Positions 47,835 through 58,534 of a stretch of 64,000 nucleotides of DNA are shown here, in pieces. Under the pieces are notes generated by a model. That model ran no database searches. It had not been told where the DNA came from and was given only the letters and a program-made list of their open reading frames with translations. The stretch comes from Minisyncoccota bacterium (GTDB lineage Bacteria; Patescibacteriota; Minisyncoccia; Phycocordibacterales; UBA9973), in NCBI GenBank assembly GCA_041650615.1, contig JBAZKU010000001.1, positions 524,854-588,853 on the forward strand, in the 5' to 3' direction. How positions within the stretch are numbered: position 1 is the stretch's first letter; the number at the start of each line of letters is the position of its first letter. The position numbers and the translations under genes were made by a program.

Positions 47835-49907
47835 ATGACAAAAATACTAAAAATATGCTTATGGATGCTTGCTTTTACTCCGCTTATTGCAGATAATTCA
47901 CTTTTTTACTCTTCCAGCACCACAGAGAGCATCTTTTTAAGAGGGCTCTTGTTTTTATTGAGTATTCTCTTTGTGTTTAACTTTTTTTATACGAAAAAGT
48001 TTAGAGATAACATAGTTGAAAAAACAAAGATAGCTGTAAAAAATCCATTATTTATTTCTATCTCGGTTTTTGTTTTTATGTTTATAATAAGTACTATTTT
48101 TGCCATTGACAAGTATAGTGCTTTTTGGGGAACCATAGAAAGAGCGGAAGGATTAACCGGAATCATATATTTCTTTTCTTTTTTTATTTTCAGCTTGCTT
48201 ATTTTTGAAAGAAAAGATTGGCTTTGGTTTTTCAAATTGAGTTTATTGACAACCTTGGCACTTATATTTAAGGAATTTGTGCAGTTTTTGGGCGGAATGA
48301 ACAGGCCGGATTCCTTTTTAGGCAATCCCACCTTTTTAGCTGGTTACTTGCTTTTTCCAATATTTTGCTCCCTGATTGTTTTTAGTGAAGTAAAAAATAA
48401 TTTTTGGAAGTATCTTTCTATAGGAATATTTTTATTGTCTATTTTAGGAGTTTTTATTACAGAAACTAGGGGAACAATAGTTGGGTTTATTTTGGGGATT
48501 ATTTCTGTGTTGATTTATGGAGTTTTAAAAGGGAAAGATGTTTTCTATAAAAGATTAAATTTACACAAACTATCAATTATTATCTTGTGTTTAATTATTG
48601 TCTTTTCCGCTGTTTTTATTTTAACTAGAAAAAGTGAAATATGGCAAAAAGTTCCCGGATTGGGAAGAATTACTGTCATAAGCAATGAAGATTCTTCAAC
48701 CCAAACGAGATTAATTATGACAAAATTAAGTATAGATGCCGTTAATCCAATGCAAAATGGCTTGAAGAAAACTTTGATAGGCTGGGGACCGGAAAATTTC
48801 GATCTTGCTTATGCAAAATATTTTAATCCCGAACAATTCAAGTACGAAATCGGGTGGTTTGATCGAGCACACAATAAAATTTTTGATGTACTGGTTATGA
48901 ATGGTATTTTAGGACTTATGGCCTATCTTACTGTTTGGTTTTTACTGTTTAGTTTTGTTTTAAAGAAAAAAGGTTTCTCTTTAACTAATACGGGGTTACT
49001 TTTATTTGGAGTTTCTCTTTTTGTGCATCTTTTATTCGTTTTTGACCAAATAACGACATATCTTTACTTCTTTGCCATATTGTCTTTCATATTATCTTCA
49101 ATGCTTTCTGATAATCCCGAGAAAGGAGACAAGGAGTATAAAAATAAATATGATATTAACAAGAGAAAAAGTGTTTTTATAGGCATATTTTTTTCATTCC
49201 TGGCATTGTTCTTATCTTTTATTTTTTTCAAAAATGATTTACCGGCTTATATTCAATTAAAGAGTTACGCTTCTTTAAGAGAAAAAAGTGAAGTAAAAAC
49301 CATGTTAAGTAAAATTAATTCTGTATTTGAACCGCTCACAACAGCTCAAGCGAAGATCAGATATGATTTTTTATCTTTTGTTTCAAAAAATTATAATGCG
49401 AAAAGCGAATCAATCGTAAAATTATCCGACATTTCATTTCTTAAGGCGGAAGAGTATGCTGGTAAAAGGCCATTTGATTTGCAATTTTTAAACCTTTTGG
49501 GTTTGACTTATACCACTCAAGGCAAAAATTTAAATAATTCTGAGCTTCTTAAAAAAGGTGAAGAATATTTCAAAAAAATTCTTTTGTTTTCGCCTAATAA
49601 GCTGGATTTTAATTATGGTTTGGCTTTAAATTGGCTATATCAGAAAAAATTCAATGATTCTTTTAATCTTTTTGAAAAAATTTTTAACACCGCCCCGGAA
49701 TATTTTTCTCAAAAAGATGCAGGGCCTGAAGGAGCTTACATTCTTTTTTTACAGCATTTTTATGAAATCAAAGACGAGAATAATTTTATTAAAACCGCTA
49801 AACGACTAAAAGAGAATAATTATTCTGATTCATCTGTACTTGACCAAATTATCAATCTAATACAAAAAAATAACTTTTGGCCTTATGTTAATTTTATTCA
49901 ACAATAG
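47835..49907 (+). CDS. O-antigen-ligase-like (Wzy_C) membrane protein with C-terminal TPR region (paralog of 45756-47816)
   Basis: ITETRGTIVGFILGI motif typical of the O-antigen ligase family; TPR-like C-terminus. Confidence 0.6.
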   Translation: MTKILKICLWMLAFTPLIADNSLFYSSSTTESIFLRGLLFLLSILFVFNFFYTKKFRDNIVEKTKIAVKNPLFISISVFVFMFIISTIFAIDKYSAFWGTIERAEGLTGIIYFFSFFIFSLLIFERKDWLWFFKLSLLTTLALIFKEFVQFLGGMNRPDSFLGNPTFLAGYLLFPIFCSLIVFSEVKNNFWKYLSIGIFLLSILGVFITETRGTIVGFILGIISVLIYGVLKGKDVFYKRLNLHKLSIIILCLIIVFSAVFILTRKSEIWQKVPGLGRITVISNEDSSTQTRLIMTKLSIDAVNPMQNGLKKTLIGWGPENFDLAYAKYFNPEQFKYEIGWFDRAHNKIFDVLVMNGILGLMAYLTVWFLLFSFVLKKKGFSLTNTGLLLFGVSLFVHLLFVFDQITTYLYFFAILSFILSSMLSDNPEKGDKEYKNKYDINKRKSVFIGIFFSFLALFLSFIFFKNDLPAYIQLKSYASLREKSEVKTMLSKINSVFEPLTTAQAKIRYDFLSFVSKNYNAKSESIVKLSDISFLKAEEYAGKRPFDLQFLNLLGLTYTTQGKNLNNSELLKKGEEYFKKILLFSPNKLDFNYGLALNWLYQKKFNDSFNLFEKIFNTAPEYFSQKDAGPEGAYILFLQHFYEIKDENNFIKTAKRLKENNYSDSSVLDQIINLIQKNNFWPYVNFIQQ

Positions 49908-49927
49908 GTTATTATAAAAATATATTT

Positions 49928-50815
49928 ATGAAAAAAATTATTGTTACAGGAGGAGCAGGATTTATTGGGTCACACCTGGTTGATGCGCTTGTTGAGGATG
50001 GATACGAAGTTCACATAGTTGATAATTTATCTGCTGGGAAAAAGGAAAATGTGAATTCTAAGGCAATTTTGCACATTGTGGATATAAGAGATAAAGAAAA
50101 ATTAATTCCAATCTTTAAAAATGCGGAATATGTTTTTCATGAAGCAGCTGTTCCCCAAGTGCAATATTCCATAGAAAATCCAATTGAGACCAATGAAATC
50201 AACGTCGGGGGCTTACTTAATGTTTTAGAAGCCTCAAGGTTAAATGGCGCTAAAAGGGTCATTTTTGCCTCTTCCTGCGCTATATATGGGAATCAAGATA
50301 AATTGCCGCTAATGGAAGAAATGATAGCCCAACCTTTATCTCCATACGCCACTCAAAAATATATAGGGGAAGCGTATATGAAATTATATTCGCAAATTTA
50401 TAAATTAGAAACTGTTTGCCTTCGTTATTTTAATGTTTACGGTTCGCGCCAATCTGTAAATGGGTCATATCCTTTAGTCATAGCAAAATTTTTAGACCTT
50501 AAAAAACAAAACAAACCGCTTCAAATAGTAGGCAGTGGCGATAATACTCGCGACTATGTTAGTGTCAAAGATGTAATTAAAGCTAATCTTTTAGCGATGA
50601 AAAATGATAAAGTCGGGAAAGGAGAAGTGATAAATATTGGCGCCGGGAAACAATATTCAGTCAATCAAATTGCAGAGCTGATAGGCGGTTCAATAGAGCA
50701 TATTCCTCCGCGTATTGAACCACAAAATTTTCAAGCAGATATAAATAAAGCAAAAAAACTTTTAAATTGGGAGCCGAAAATAAAATTGGAGGAGGGGATA
50801 AAAGAGTTAAAGTAA
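49928..50815 (+). CDS. NAD-dependent sugar-nucleotide epimerase/dehydratase (GalE-like SDR)
   Basis: IIVTGGAGFIGSHLVD Rossmann motif and YxxxK (YATQKYIGE). Confidence 0.8.
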   Translation: MKKIIVTGGAGFIGSHLVDALVEDGYEVHIVDNLSAGKKENVNSKAILHIVDIRDKEKLIPIFKNAEYVFHEAAVPQVQYSIENPIETNEINVGGLLNVLEASRLNGAKRVIFASSCAIYGNQDKLPLMEEMIAQPLSPYATQKYIGEAYMKLYSQIYKLETVCLRYFNVYGSRQSVNGSYPLVIAKFLDLKKQNKPLQIVGSGDNTRDYVSVKDVIKANLLAMKNDKVGKGEVINIGAGKQYSVNQIAELIGGSIEHIPPRIEPQNFQADINKAKKLLNWEPKIKLEEGIKELK

Positions 50816-50819
50816 AAAA

Positions 50820-51587
50820 CTAATCATCATTAAAATCACTGTCTTCCAGTTTATATAATTTCCAATATTTGCTGGTTATAGACATATTTTTAGTAAGAGG
50901 AGTAGTTCCTTTGTAGTCTTTTAAGGTCATTGGTTCCACTTTGCTTCCTCCGGCTATCGCATAATCATACATAGATATTTTTTTATCTCCGCAAATATGG
51001 ATTATCGGATGTTTGGGTTTTTCTTCTATAATATCTTTTAAACCTTTTGCCACTCCTTGAGCGAATAAATATGTGCCATAGCGGTCAGTAAAAGCCCTTG
51101 GATGTTCCCAAGGCATACTGGTAAAATTTGTTCTCACCGTTGTTACCATCATATCCTCACTGTTATATGTTTTGGCAATTTCTTCGGCAATATATTTAGT
51201 AAGGCCATAATAATGTTTCGGATAGGGAATACCATCTTCATCCTCCATAATTTCATCATCTATTCCGGGGAATATGCAAGCGGTATTCAAATAAATAAAA
51301 TGCTTCACTCCGCTTTTTTTTGAAACATCCAACATTCTTCTGGTGCCATTGACATTCATTTCATAAGCTTCCTCTTTTTTTTCTTCACACAGAGGGATGC
51401 TGGCTATAGCGGCCAAGTGTATTACGGTATTTATTTTATGGTTGGAAAAATAACTTAAAATACTTTTATCTTTTAAGATGTTCAATTCGGCACTACTGGG
51501 ATATTGAGCGTTTGGAAATATTTTTTTGCAAGCCTTTCCAAGTTTCCCAGACCCCCCGGTAAATAATATTTTTTCTTCCTCAATCAT
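50820..51587 (-). CDS. Short NAD(P)-dependent sugar-nucleotide reductase (RmlD/WbvR/FnlB-like)
   Basis: ILFTGGSGKLGKA and YGLTKYIAEE (YxxxK); 255 aa. Confidence 0.6.
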   Translation of the reverse strand: MIEEEKILFTGGSGKLGKACKKIFPNAQYPSSAELNILKDKSILSYFSNHKINTVIHLAAIASIPLCEEKKEEAYEMNVNGTRRMLDVSKKSGVKHFIYLNTACIFPGIDDEIMEDEDGIPYPKHYYGLTKYIAEEIAKTYNSEDMMVTTVRTNFTSMPWEHPRAFTDRYGTYLFAQGVAKGLKDIIEEKPKHPIIHICGDKKISMYDYAIAGGSKVEPMTLKDYKGTTPLTKNMSITSKYWKLYKLEDSDFNDD

Positions 51588-51595
51588 AATATTAA

Positions 51596-52585
51596 TTAAA
51601 TAAAATTTCCGTTTTTTAACATCTCCTTTATTTCTTTTTTGTTCATAAGAATATCATTTGATGAATATTCTTTAAATGGTACTTTCTTCAAATGTTTATA
51701 TTTCTTTTCCAAGCCGTCAATTTTAACCTGGGGCAAAATTACATAATAGTTTTTATCATACTGGTAAGTTGAGGGAGCCTCATTTTTGCCTATTAAACAT
51801 TCATGTATTTTTTCTCCCGGTCTGACCCCGATTTCTTTTATCGGTATTTTTTGATTAGCAACTTCTTTTATTAAAACTTCAGCTATATCTATAACTTTAC
51901 AGGCAGGCATTTTCATCACGAAAGTTTCTCCGCCAAAACTATTTTCAGTGGCTTTAAATAAAAGATGAATGGCTTCTTTTAGGGTTATATAGTACCTGGT
52001 CATTTCTCTATCAGTAATGAGTATCGTTTTTAGTCTATTTATTTGGTCTATAAAGAACGGAACTATACTACCATTGGTTCCCAAGACATTTCCACCGCGA
52101 ATGCAAACGAATTTTGTCTTAGGAGAATCAATGTTGGCATTAATCATCAATCTTTCCCCGACCGCTTTTGTCATTCCATAAAAATTGAACGGGTCAGCCG
52201 CTTTATCAGTAGAAACATCAATAACTTTTTTGACTTTATTTTCTTTGGCGGCATCTATTACATTTTGAGTTCCGATTATATTTGTTTTTACTGCTTCTTC
52301 TTGTTGTTCTTCGCAAATTGGAACATGTTTCAACGCGGCCAAATGAAAGATATAATCCACTCCAACTGAGGTTTTAACCAAATGTTTATAATCTCTAATA
52401 TCTCCAATTATATACTTTATTTTAGAATTATTAAAACTCCTTTGCATATTTACCTGTTGCAATTCGCTTCTTGAATAAATAATTATTTTTTTAGGTTTCT
52501 TTTCTAATAGTTGTCTGGTCAGTTCGTTTCCCCAAGATCCTGTTCCGCCGGTTATTAAAACAACCGAATTTTTAAAAATTGACAT
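51596..52585 (-). CDS. UDP-GlcNAc 4,6-dehydratase of the CapD/PseB/FnlA (WbvB) family
   Basis: VVLITGGTGSWGNEL and STDKAADPFNFYGMTKAVGERL. Confidence 0.75.
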   Translation of the reverse strand: MSIFKNSVVLITGGTGSWGNELTRQLLEKKPKKIIIYSRSELQQVNMQRSFNNSKIKYIIGDIRDYKHLVKTSVGVDYIFHLAALKHVPICEEQQEEAVKTNIIGTQNVIDAAKENKVKKVIDVSTDKAADPFNFYGMTKAVGERLMINANIDSPKTKFVCIRGGNVLGTNGSIVPFFIDQINRLKTILITDREMTRYYITLKEAIHLLFKATENSFGGETFVMKMPACKVIDIAEVLIKEVANQKIPIKEIGVRPGEKIHECLIGKNEAPSTYQYDKNYYVILPQVKIDGLEKKYKHLKKVPFKEYSSNDILMNKKEIKEMLKNGNFI

Positions 52586-52588
52586 ATT

Positions 52589-53665
52589 TTACTTGTTTAA
52601 TATTAGTTTAATAATTTTTTCCGATACATTCTTGTCGGAATAACCTTTCGGCTGTTCCCAACTAGTTTTTCTTTTCAGCATTATTCTAACACATTTTAGG
52701 ATTTTAGCACTGTTTAATCCGGATAAAATATTACTTCCACATTCTATTGTCTCCGGTCTTTCTGTAGTCGTTCTTATGGTTACGGTAGGAACCCTTAATA
52801 TACAGCATTCTTCTTGGACGGTTCCACTGTCGCTTATGGCGCATAAAGCATTTTTTTCCAATTTTACAAAGTCAAAAAACCCAAATGGTTTTGATAATTT
52901 TATTAATTTGCTCTTTGGCTTGATTCCAAATTTTTTCATTTTCTCCCTAGTTCTTGGATGCAGACTTACTATAATCGGCATTTTATATTTCCGAGCTACC
53001 AAATCAAGCCCCTTAAAAATTTCTTTTAATCTTTGCGGGTTATCAACATTCTCTGCCCTATGGGATGTCACTATAAAATAGTTTTTCTTTTTTAAGCTTA
53101 ATTTTTTTAATATTTTGCTATTATCTATTTCTTTTCTGAAATGAATTAAAACTTCATTGATGGGATTACCGGTAACGATTGTTTTTTTAGGGGAATGTCC
53201 CTCCTTCATTAAATTATTGTAACTGCCCGGAGTATAAGGGAGATTATATGAAGATATTGCATCTATTGTGTGCCTATTTTTTTCTTCCGGAACCGACAAA
53301 TCATGGCATCTGTTTCCGGCTTCCATATGATAGACAGGTATCATCATTTTTTCAGCGACGATTGAAGCCAAACCACTATTTGTATCTCCCAAAATCAATA
53401 CTTTATCAGGATTAATTTTTTTAAGAATTTTATAAGTTTCTCCGATTATTTTACTTAATTGCGGACCAATGGATGAATCAATTGCGTTCAGATAGAAATT
53501 CGGTTTTCTTAATTTTAGTTGTTCAAAGAAGATATCTTTTAAACTGGATGAATGGTTTTGCCCGGTATATATCATCGTATGTTCTGAATATTTATCCAAT
53601 TTTTTAATAATTAGGTTTAAACGAATTATTTCCGGTCTTGTTCCTAAAATAGTGGCTATTTTCAT
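52589..53665 (-). CDS. wecB: UDP-N-acetylglucosamine 2-epimerase (WecB/FnlC/WbvD type)
   Basis: KIATILGTRPEIIRL and the HxE...GDTNSG pattern. Confidence 0.8.
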   Translation of the reverse strand: MKIATILGTRPEIIRLNLIIKKLDKYSEHTMIYTGQNHSSSLKDIFFEQLKLRKPNFYLNAIDSSIGPQLSKIIGETYKILKKINPDKVLILGDTNSGLASIVAEKMMIPVYHMEAGNRCHDLSVPEEKNRHTIDAISSYNLPYTPGSYNNLMKEGHSPKKTIVTGNPINEVLIHFRKEIDNSKILKKLSLKKKNYFIVTSHRAENVDNPQRLKEIFKGLDLVARKYKMPIIVSLHPRTREKMKKFGIKPKSKLIKLSKPFGFFDFVKLEKNALCAISDSGTVQEECCILRVPTVTIRTTTERPETIECGSNILSGLNSAKILKCVRIMLKRKTSWEQPKGYSDKNVSEKIIKLILNK

Positions 53666-53772
53666 AATGTATTATCGTTATTTTCAATAGTAACTTTCAG
53701 TATACCACGATCTCTTTTTTTTACAATTTAATGATAAATTAGCTTATCAAAATTGTTTATTTAATTTAATAG

Positions 53773-54939
53773 TTGTATCATATCGGTATTATGAGAATAG
53801 CAATTTTAGATACTTACAATCCCGTTGTTGATTTTAAAGACGCCGGACAGATTATTGAAGGATTAAAAGATTTAGGCATTGATGCTTTTTTTATTTCTCT
53901 CAACAACCCCAATCTTGAGGCGCATAAACCTTCTTTCAAGGTTATATCGGGTAATTTAGTCGATATTAATTTCTGGAAAGAAGTAGACGTTGATATAGTT
54001 TTATTTATTTCGCGCTTAAGTCCACATTATACGGAAATTTTAAAAACCATTAAAAATAGTGGCAAAAAGGTTATTGTAAAAGCTGACAGCGATGGGACCA
54101 TAGGGTATCCATTATTGCCGAATTATTTAAGAATATTAAAAATAAATCGCAACCCGATTAGATGGGTATTAAGTAATATAAAATGGAGATTGCCGATAGG
54201 TTATTTCGTAAAAAGAAAATTAAAACAGATAGAGCTTGCTGATGCGGTAATTTTTGAAACTCCTGCAGCATTAAATAACGCAATAAATATTTTATATTTT
54301 TGGCATTATGATAATTTAATAAAAAAACTTTTTTTTATTCCGGATCCAGTTTCTGATGATATTATAAATATAGACTTAAACAGTAGTAAAAATAATACAA
54401 TAATTTCAATTGGCCGGTGGGAAGATGAAGGGTGTAAAAATACAATGGCTATGTTAAACGTGGTGAGAGATTTTTTAAAGATTCATAGGGAGTACCAATA
54501 TATCATTATTGGGTCAGGTAAAAATAAAGTTTTATCTTTTATAAAAACCCTACCATTGGAAATTAGCTCAAGAATAATTATAAAAGGTTCAATAAACCAT
54601 GGACAAATACCCCAACTCCTTTCAAAATCCAAAATATTTTTTGCGCCGTCTAATCTTGAGAGTTTTAACATTGCCGCAGCCGAAGCGCTTTGTATGGGAT
54701 GTTCTGTTGTTGGGACCCCTCTTGAAAATTTTAAATATTTAACAGCTAATGGATTTTCAGGATTAATTACAGAAGACTTTAAAGAGTCGTCTTTTTTCAA
54801 TGCCTTAATTAAAGATTCAAAAAAGTGGGAAGATAATCAATATAATCAATCTGAAATTGCTGATTTTTGGAGAAAAAAGTTAAATAGAAAAAGAGTAGCT
54901 CAAGAAATATTAAATGTTTGTAAAAAAATTAGTGAATAG
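53773..54939 (+). CDS. Glycosyltransferase (GT-B, family 4-like)
   Basis: C-terminal FFAPSNLESFNIAAAEALCMGCSVVGT E-x7-E motif. Confidence 0.6.
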   Translation: MYHIGIMRIAILDTYNPVVDFKDAGQIIEGLKDLGIDAFFISLNNPNLEAHKPSFKVISGNLVDINFWKEVDVDIVLFISRLSPHYTEILKTIKNSGKKVIVKADSDGTIGYPLLPNYLRILKINRNPIRWVLSNIKWRLPIGYFVKRKLKQIELADAVIFETPAALNNAINILYFWHYDNLIKKLFFIPDPVSDDIINIDLNSSKNNTIISIGRWEDEGCKNTMAMLNVVRDFLKIHREYQYIIIGSGKNKVLSFIKTLPLEISSRIIIKGSINHGQIPQLLSKSKIFFAPSNLESFNIAAAEALCMGCSVVGTPLENFKYLTANGFSGLITEDFKESSFFNALIKDSKKWEDNQYNQSEIADFWRKKLNRKRVAQEILNVCKKISE

Positions 54940-54946
54940 AAATTAT

Positions 54947-56236
54947 TTAATTATTCTCTAAAAATAAAGATTCGAAAATTACAGCATTTTTATTTGCGTC
55001 ATGATTTTCGAAAAAGATATTTTTTGCGTTTTTAGTTATAGTTTTTGAAAATTCTTTATCTGTTAGTAATTTTTTTATGGCTTTTTTTAATTTTTCAATG
55101 TTTTCTTCATCTACAACTTCGGCAAAATTGCCTTCTTTGGCGTATTTTGTCAAAAAAGCAGAAGCTGGGGCATGAATCAAAATAGGTTTCCCGGCTATCA
55201 TGTAATCATTTAATTTCCCGGGCGTGGCTGTATCAATAATTGCCTGGCTTTTTGTATGCCATGAAAGGGGAAGAAATAAAATATCAGCTTTGCTTTGAAT
55301 TTCCGGCATTTCTTTTGGAGAAGCCACTAAAATTTCAACTTTTTTTGATTCCACTATCCCTATTTTTTTAAGATAATCTTTAGGATTTGGAGAATAAATT
55401 TTAAGTTTTATGTCAATGTCATTGATTTCTTCAACAGCCTTAATTAAATTTTTTAGGCTTTCTAATTGTGGCCATGCAATACTGCCGGTAAAAACAATAT
55501 TATATGGTGATAATGGTCTATGGATTTGTTGATTGTTTTGTAATTTAATATACGGTTCCGGGAAAGTTGAATTATGAATAACAACTATTTTTTTTAATAT
55601 TTTTTCTCCATAATATTTTTTATAAAATTCTGCCGTTCCTTCATTAGTTACAATAATCTTTTGCGCGTCTTCAAATATTTTTGGTTCAAAAATACCGGCA
55701 ATCAATTTGCCGGGGAAGAGGAGGTTGTTTCCTTTATAAAGGTCAAAAAGAAAAATATGAAACGGTTTTCCTGTCAATTTGTGCAGAAGATATGTGCTTA
55801 TTATTGCTGGTCCATAGTCTGAAAAACCCACCATAATATCAATATTTTTTTCATATATTACTTTTTTTTGTCTTAAAATAGCGAAAATTTGTATCAATAT
55901 GATGAATGTTCCATTTAGCATTCGCATTAACGAAGAACGCTTAAGTATGGATTTTAGTCTGCCAATAAATTCTCTTCGCTTGCCATACTTGATATTTTCA
56001 CTTCCTTGTTCTCTGGCTTTTTCTTTGGTTATTTTTGGATTATCGTAAAAAATATACTCTCCTTCAAGCCATGTTCCAATTTTAGCTGAAATATTGTTAA
56101 TATTATAAAAACTTGTTAGGATACAGTAAGAGTTTGGGTCAGTGTCTCTCAGCAGATTATATAGATTTTGTGGTCCACCCAATAATGGTGGAGCGTAGAA
56201 GGATATAAAAAGAGTTTTTTTTAATTCATTATGCAT
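54947..56236 (-). CDS. Glycosyltransferase (GT-B fold)
   Basis: C-terminal ADILFLPL...KLNDYMIAGKPILIHAP pattern. Confidence 0.5.
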   Translation of the reverse strand: MHNELKKTLFISFYAPPLLGGPQNLYNLLRDTDPNSYCILTSFYNINNISAKIGTWLEGEYIFYDNPKITKEKAREQGSENIKYGKRREFIGRLKSILKRSSLMRMLNGTFIILIQIFAILRQKKVIYEKNIDIMVGFSDYGPAIISTYLLHKLTGKPFHIFLFDLYKGNNLLFPGKLIAGIFEPKIFEDAQKIIVTNEGTAEFYKKYYGEKILKKIVVIHNSTFPEPYIKLQNNQQIHRPLSPYNIVFTGSIAWPQLESLKNLIKAVEEINDIDIKLKIYSPNPKDYLKKIGIVESKKVEILVASPKEMPEIQSKADILFLPLSWHTKSQAIIDTATPGKLNDYMIAGKPILIHAPASAFLTKYAKEGNFAEVVDEENIEKLKKAIKKLLTDKEFSKTITKNAKNIFFENHDANKNAVIFESLFLENN

Positions 56237-57361
56237 AAAAAAATAAAAGTTGTTTTTGTAATAAATAATTTTTTGGTTGGTGGAGTTGAGCGACTCTTTT
56301 TTGATATTATTTCTTATTTTGATAAAGACAAATATGACATCAAAATAGTGACTGTATTTGGTTCCGGACCGCTGGAAAGTTCTTTTCGAACCCTGGGGAT
56401 ACCTATCTATTTTGCCGGTCCAATATGGTTTTTCTCTAAAAAATTACCCTTCATCTTTTACTGGCCGTTTATTGCTCCTCTCACTCTGATAAGGATAGTC
56501 TTTTTCTTTCTTAAGAGCAAGCCGGATATAGTGGTTTCCTCATTATTTCAAGCAGATATTTTTTGTATGGTTGCTTCTAAAATTATAGGAGTTAAAAAAA
56601 GAATTTTGGTTCAACTTGACGTCGCACATTTTGGAAAATTATTATTTTTTATAAAAAAGACATTTGCTTTGCCATTTTCTACTCACATTGTTTCCGGCTC
56701 GGAAACAATAAAAATTTTTCTAATTGAATATTTTAAAGTTAAAAGTGAAAAGATTACAAGAATTTATAATGGAATTAATTATGAACACTTTGAGAAAGGG
56801 AGGAAAACAGCACTGAATAATATTCCAGTTATTGGGATTATTGGCAGATTGGATAAAATAAAAGGACATATCTATGCGTTAGAAGCGCTAAAAATCCTTA
56901 AAGAGAAATACAATTTATCCCCTGTGGTTCTTTTGGCTGGAGATGGTGATTTGCGTGAAAGTTTGGGAAAATATACTGTGGAAAATGACCTCAATTCCGT
57001 TAAATTTTTAGGTAATGTTGATAATGTTCCGAATTTCCTATCTAAAGTTGATATTTTAATCATTCCTTCTTTGAGCGAAGGATTTGGGCTTGCAGTTCTT
57101 GAAGGTATGGTCTCGGGGAAAGTGATTGTTGCTTCTGATATAAGAGTTATGCATGAATTAATAAAAGATGGAGAAACTGGGCTTCTATTTAAATCAGAAA
57201 ATGCTGAATCATTGGCAAATATTCTTTTGAATGTTTTAAAAAATAAAGAAAAATGTGAAAAATTACAAAAAAGTGCTCTCTTATTTGCCGAGCAAAATAA
57301 AAAATTATTTGATACTCGTGAAGTATCTAATAATTATCAGAAATTAATAATTTCCAAGTAG
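56231..57361 (+). CDS. Glycosyltransferase family 4
   Basis: IIPSLSEGFGLAVLEGMVSGKVIVASD. Confidence 0.8.
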   Translation: MHKKIKVVFVINNFLVGGVERLFFDIISYFDKDKYDIKIVTVFGSGPLESSFRTLGIPIYFAGPIWFFSKKLPFIFYWPFIAPLTLIRIVFFFLKSKPDIVVSSLFQADIFCMVASKIIGVKKRILVQLDVAHFGKLLFFIKKTFALPFSTHIVSGSETIKIFLIEYFKVKSEKITRIYNGINYEHFEKGRKTALNNIPVIGIIGRLDKIKGHIYALEALKILKEKYNLSPVVLLAGDGDLRESLGKYTVENDLNSVKFLGNVDNVPNFLSKVDILIIPSLSEGFGLAVLEGMVSGKVIVASDIRVMHELIKDGETGLLFKSENAESLANILLNVLKNKEKCEKLQKSALLFAEQNKKLFDTREVSNNYQKLIISK

Positions 57362-57425
57362 TTTTTTAAAGGCTTTTATTATATTTAGATTTATTAATAA
57401 CTAAATAAGGAACTTTTTTCATCAA

Positions 57426-58448
57426 TTAATAAAATTTTATTCTTAAAATTTTTTTTATTTTTTTTAATTTTTCAATGATTATATTATCAGGGAATAAACA
57501 GAGTATTTTTTTAACAAGTGGAAAAATAAAATATTGTAATAAAATTTCTTTATATTTTTTATTTAAAAAATTATTAAAATTAATTGGATAAACAGCTGAT
57601 TTTTTATTTGCTTCTTTTATTTTTTTGAACCACTTTTTAGCAAGTAATAATTCTTTTATAGACAAATTGTTTTTTAGTGAAATTTTCTGATGTAAAATAT
57701 ATTCTTCATTAGAAAAGATAACCCCTAGAGTTTCTAAAAGTTTTTTTCTTATTGAAATTTGAAATTCTTGATCTTCGTCACTTTTTTTCTTTAGGATGTT
57801 TAGGTTTGTTCTGTATACCAAAAGTACATCTGCAATGACGGCAATTTTACCAATTCTAGAAATTCTAGACCATAATTCATAATCTTGGCAACGTATAAAT
57901 TTACTATTATATGATAGATTATTATCTAATAAAAATTTCCTTCTCATTATTGAAGCGCCATTAGCAATCGGATTATAGAAAATTAAACTAAAGGAACATT
58001 CATCGGGGGTTAAAGTGCATCGCCATATTTGACCATTACTAATAATTTTTATAGCTCCACTACTTAATACAATATCAGTATTTTTGTCCATGAATTTAAC
58101 TTGTTTTTCAAATCTATCTAACAAACTAATATCATCCCCATCCATTCTCGCAATGTATTCACCCGTTGCCAATTTTAACCCAATATTAGATGAGTTTGCT
58201 CTGTTTATATTTTGGGGATTCACAATCAATCTTATCCGTGGGTCAGTATAACTTTTAATAATATTCCTTGAATTATCAGTAGAACCATCATCAATTATTA
58301 TAAATTCAAAATCCCTAAACGTTTGATTTAAAATGCTATCAATCGCTAGTTTTAAATACTTTTCTTCGTTATAAACAGACATTAAAACAGAAATTTTAGG
58401 ATTATTTTTTATATTAATATTTTTTTGATGATTTTTTAGTTGGAACAT
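57426..58448 (-). CDS. Glycosyltransferase family 2
   Basis: ISVLMSVYNEEKYL...FEFIIIDDGSTDNS. Confidence 0.85.
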   Translation of the reverse strand: MFQLKNHQKNINIKNNPKISVLMSVYNEEKYLKLAIDSILNQTFRDFEFIIIDDGSTDNSRNIIKSYTDPRIRLIVNPQNINRANSSNIGLKLATGEYIARMDGDDISLLDRFEKQVKFMDKNTDIVLSSGAIKIISNGQIWRCTLTPDECSFSLIFYNPIANGASIMRRKFLLDNNLSYNSKFIRCQDYELWSRISRIGKIAVIADVLLVYRTNLNILKKKSDEDQEFQISIRKKLLETLGVIFSNEEYILHQKISLKNNLSIKELLLAKKWFKKIKEANKKSAVYPINFNNFLNKKYKEILLQYFIFPLVKKILCLFPDNIIIEKLKKIKKILRIKFY

Positions 58449-58534
58449 ATTTTTATTAAGTTTTTACTAATTTTATTTTGTCTGCTGGCTATTCTAAATA
58501 GTAATCTATTTTACAGGAGATACTAATAAAAGTT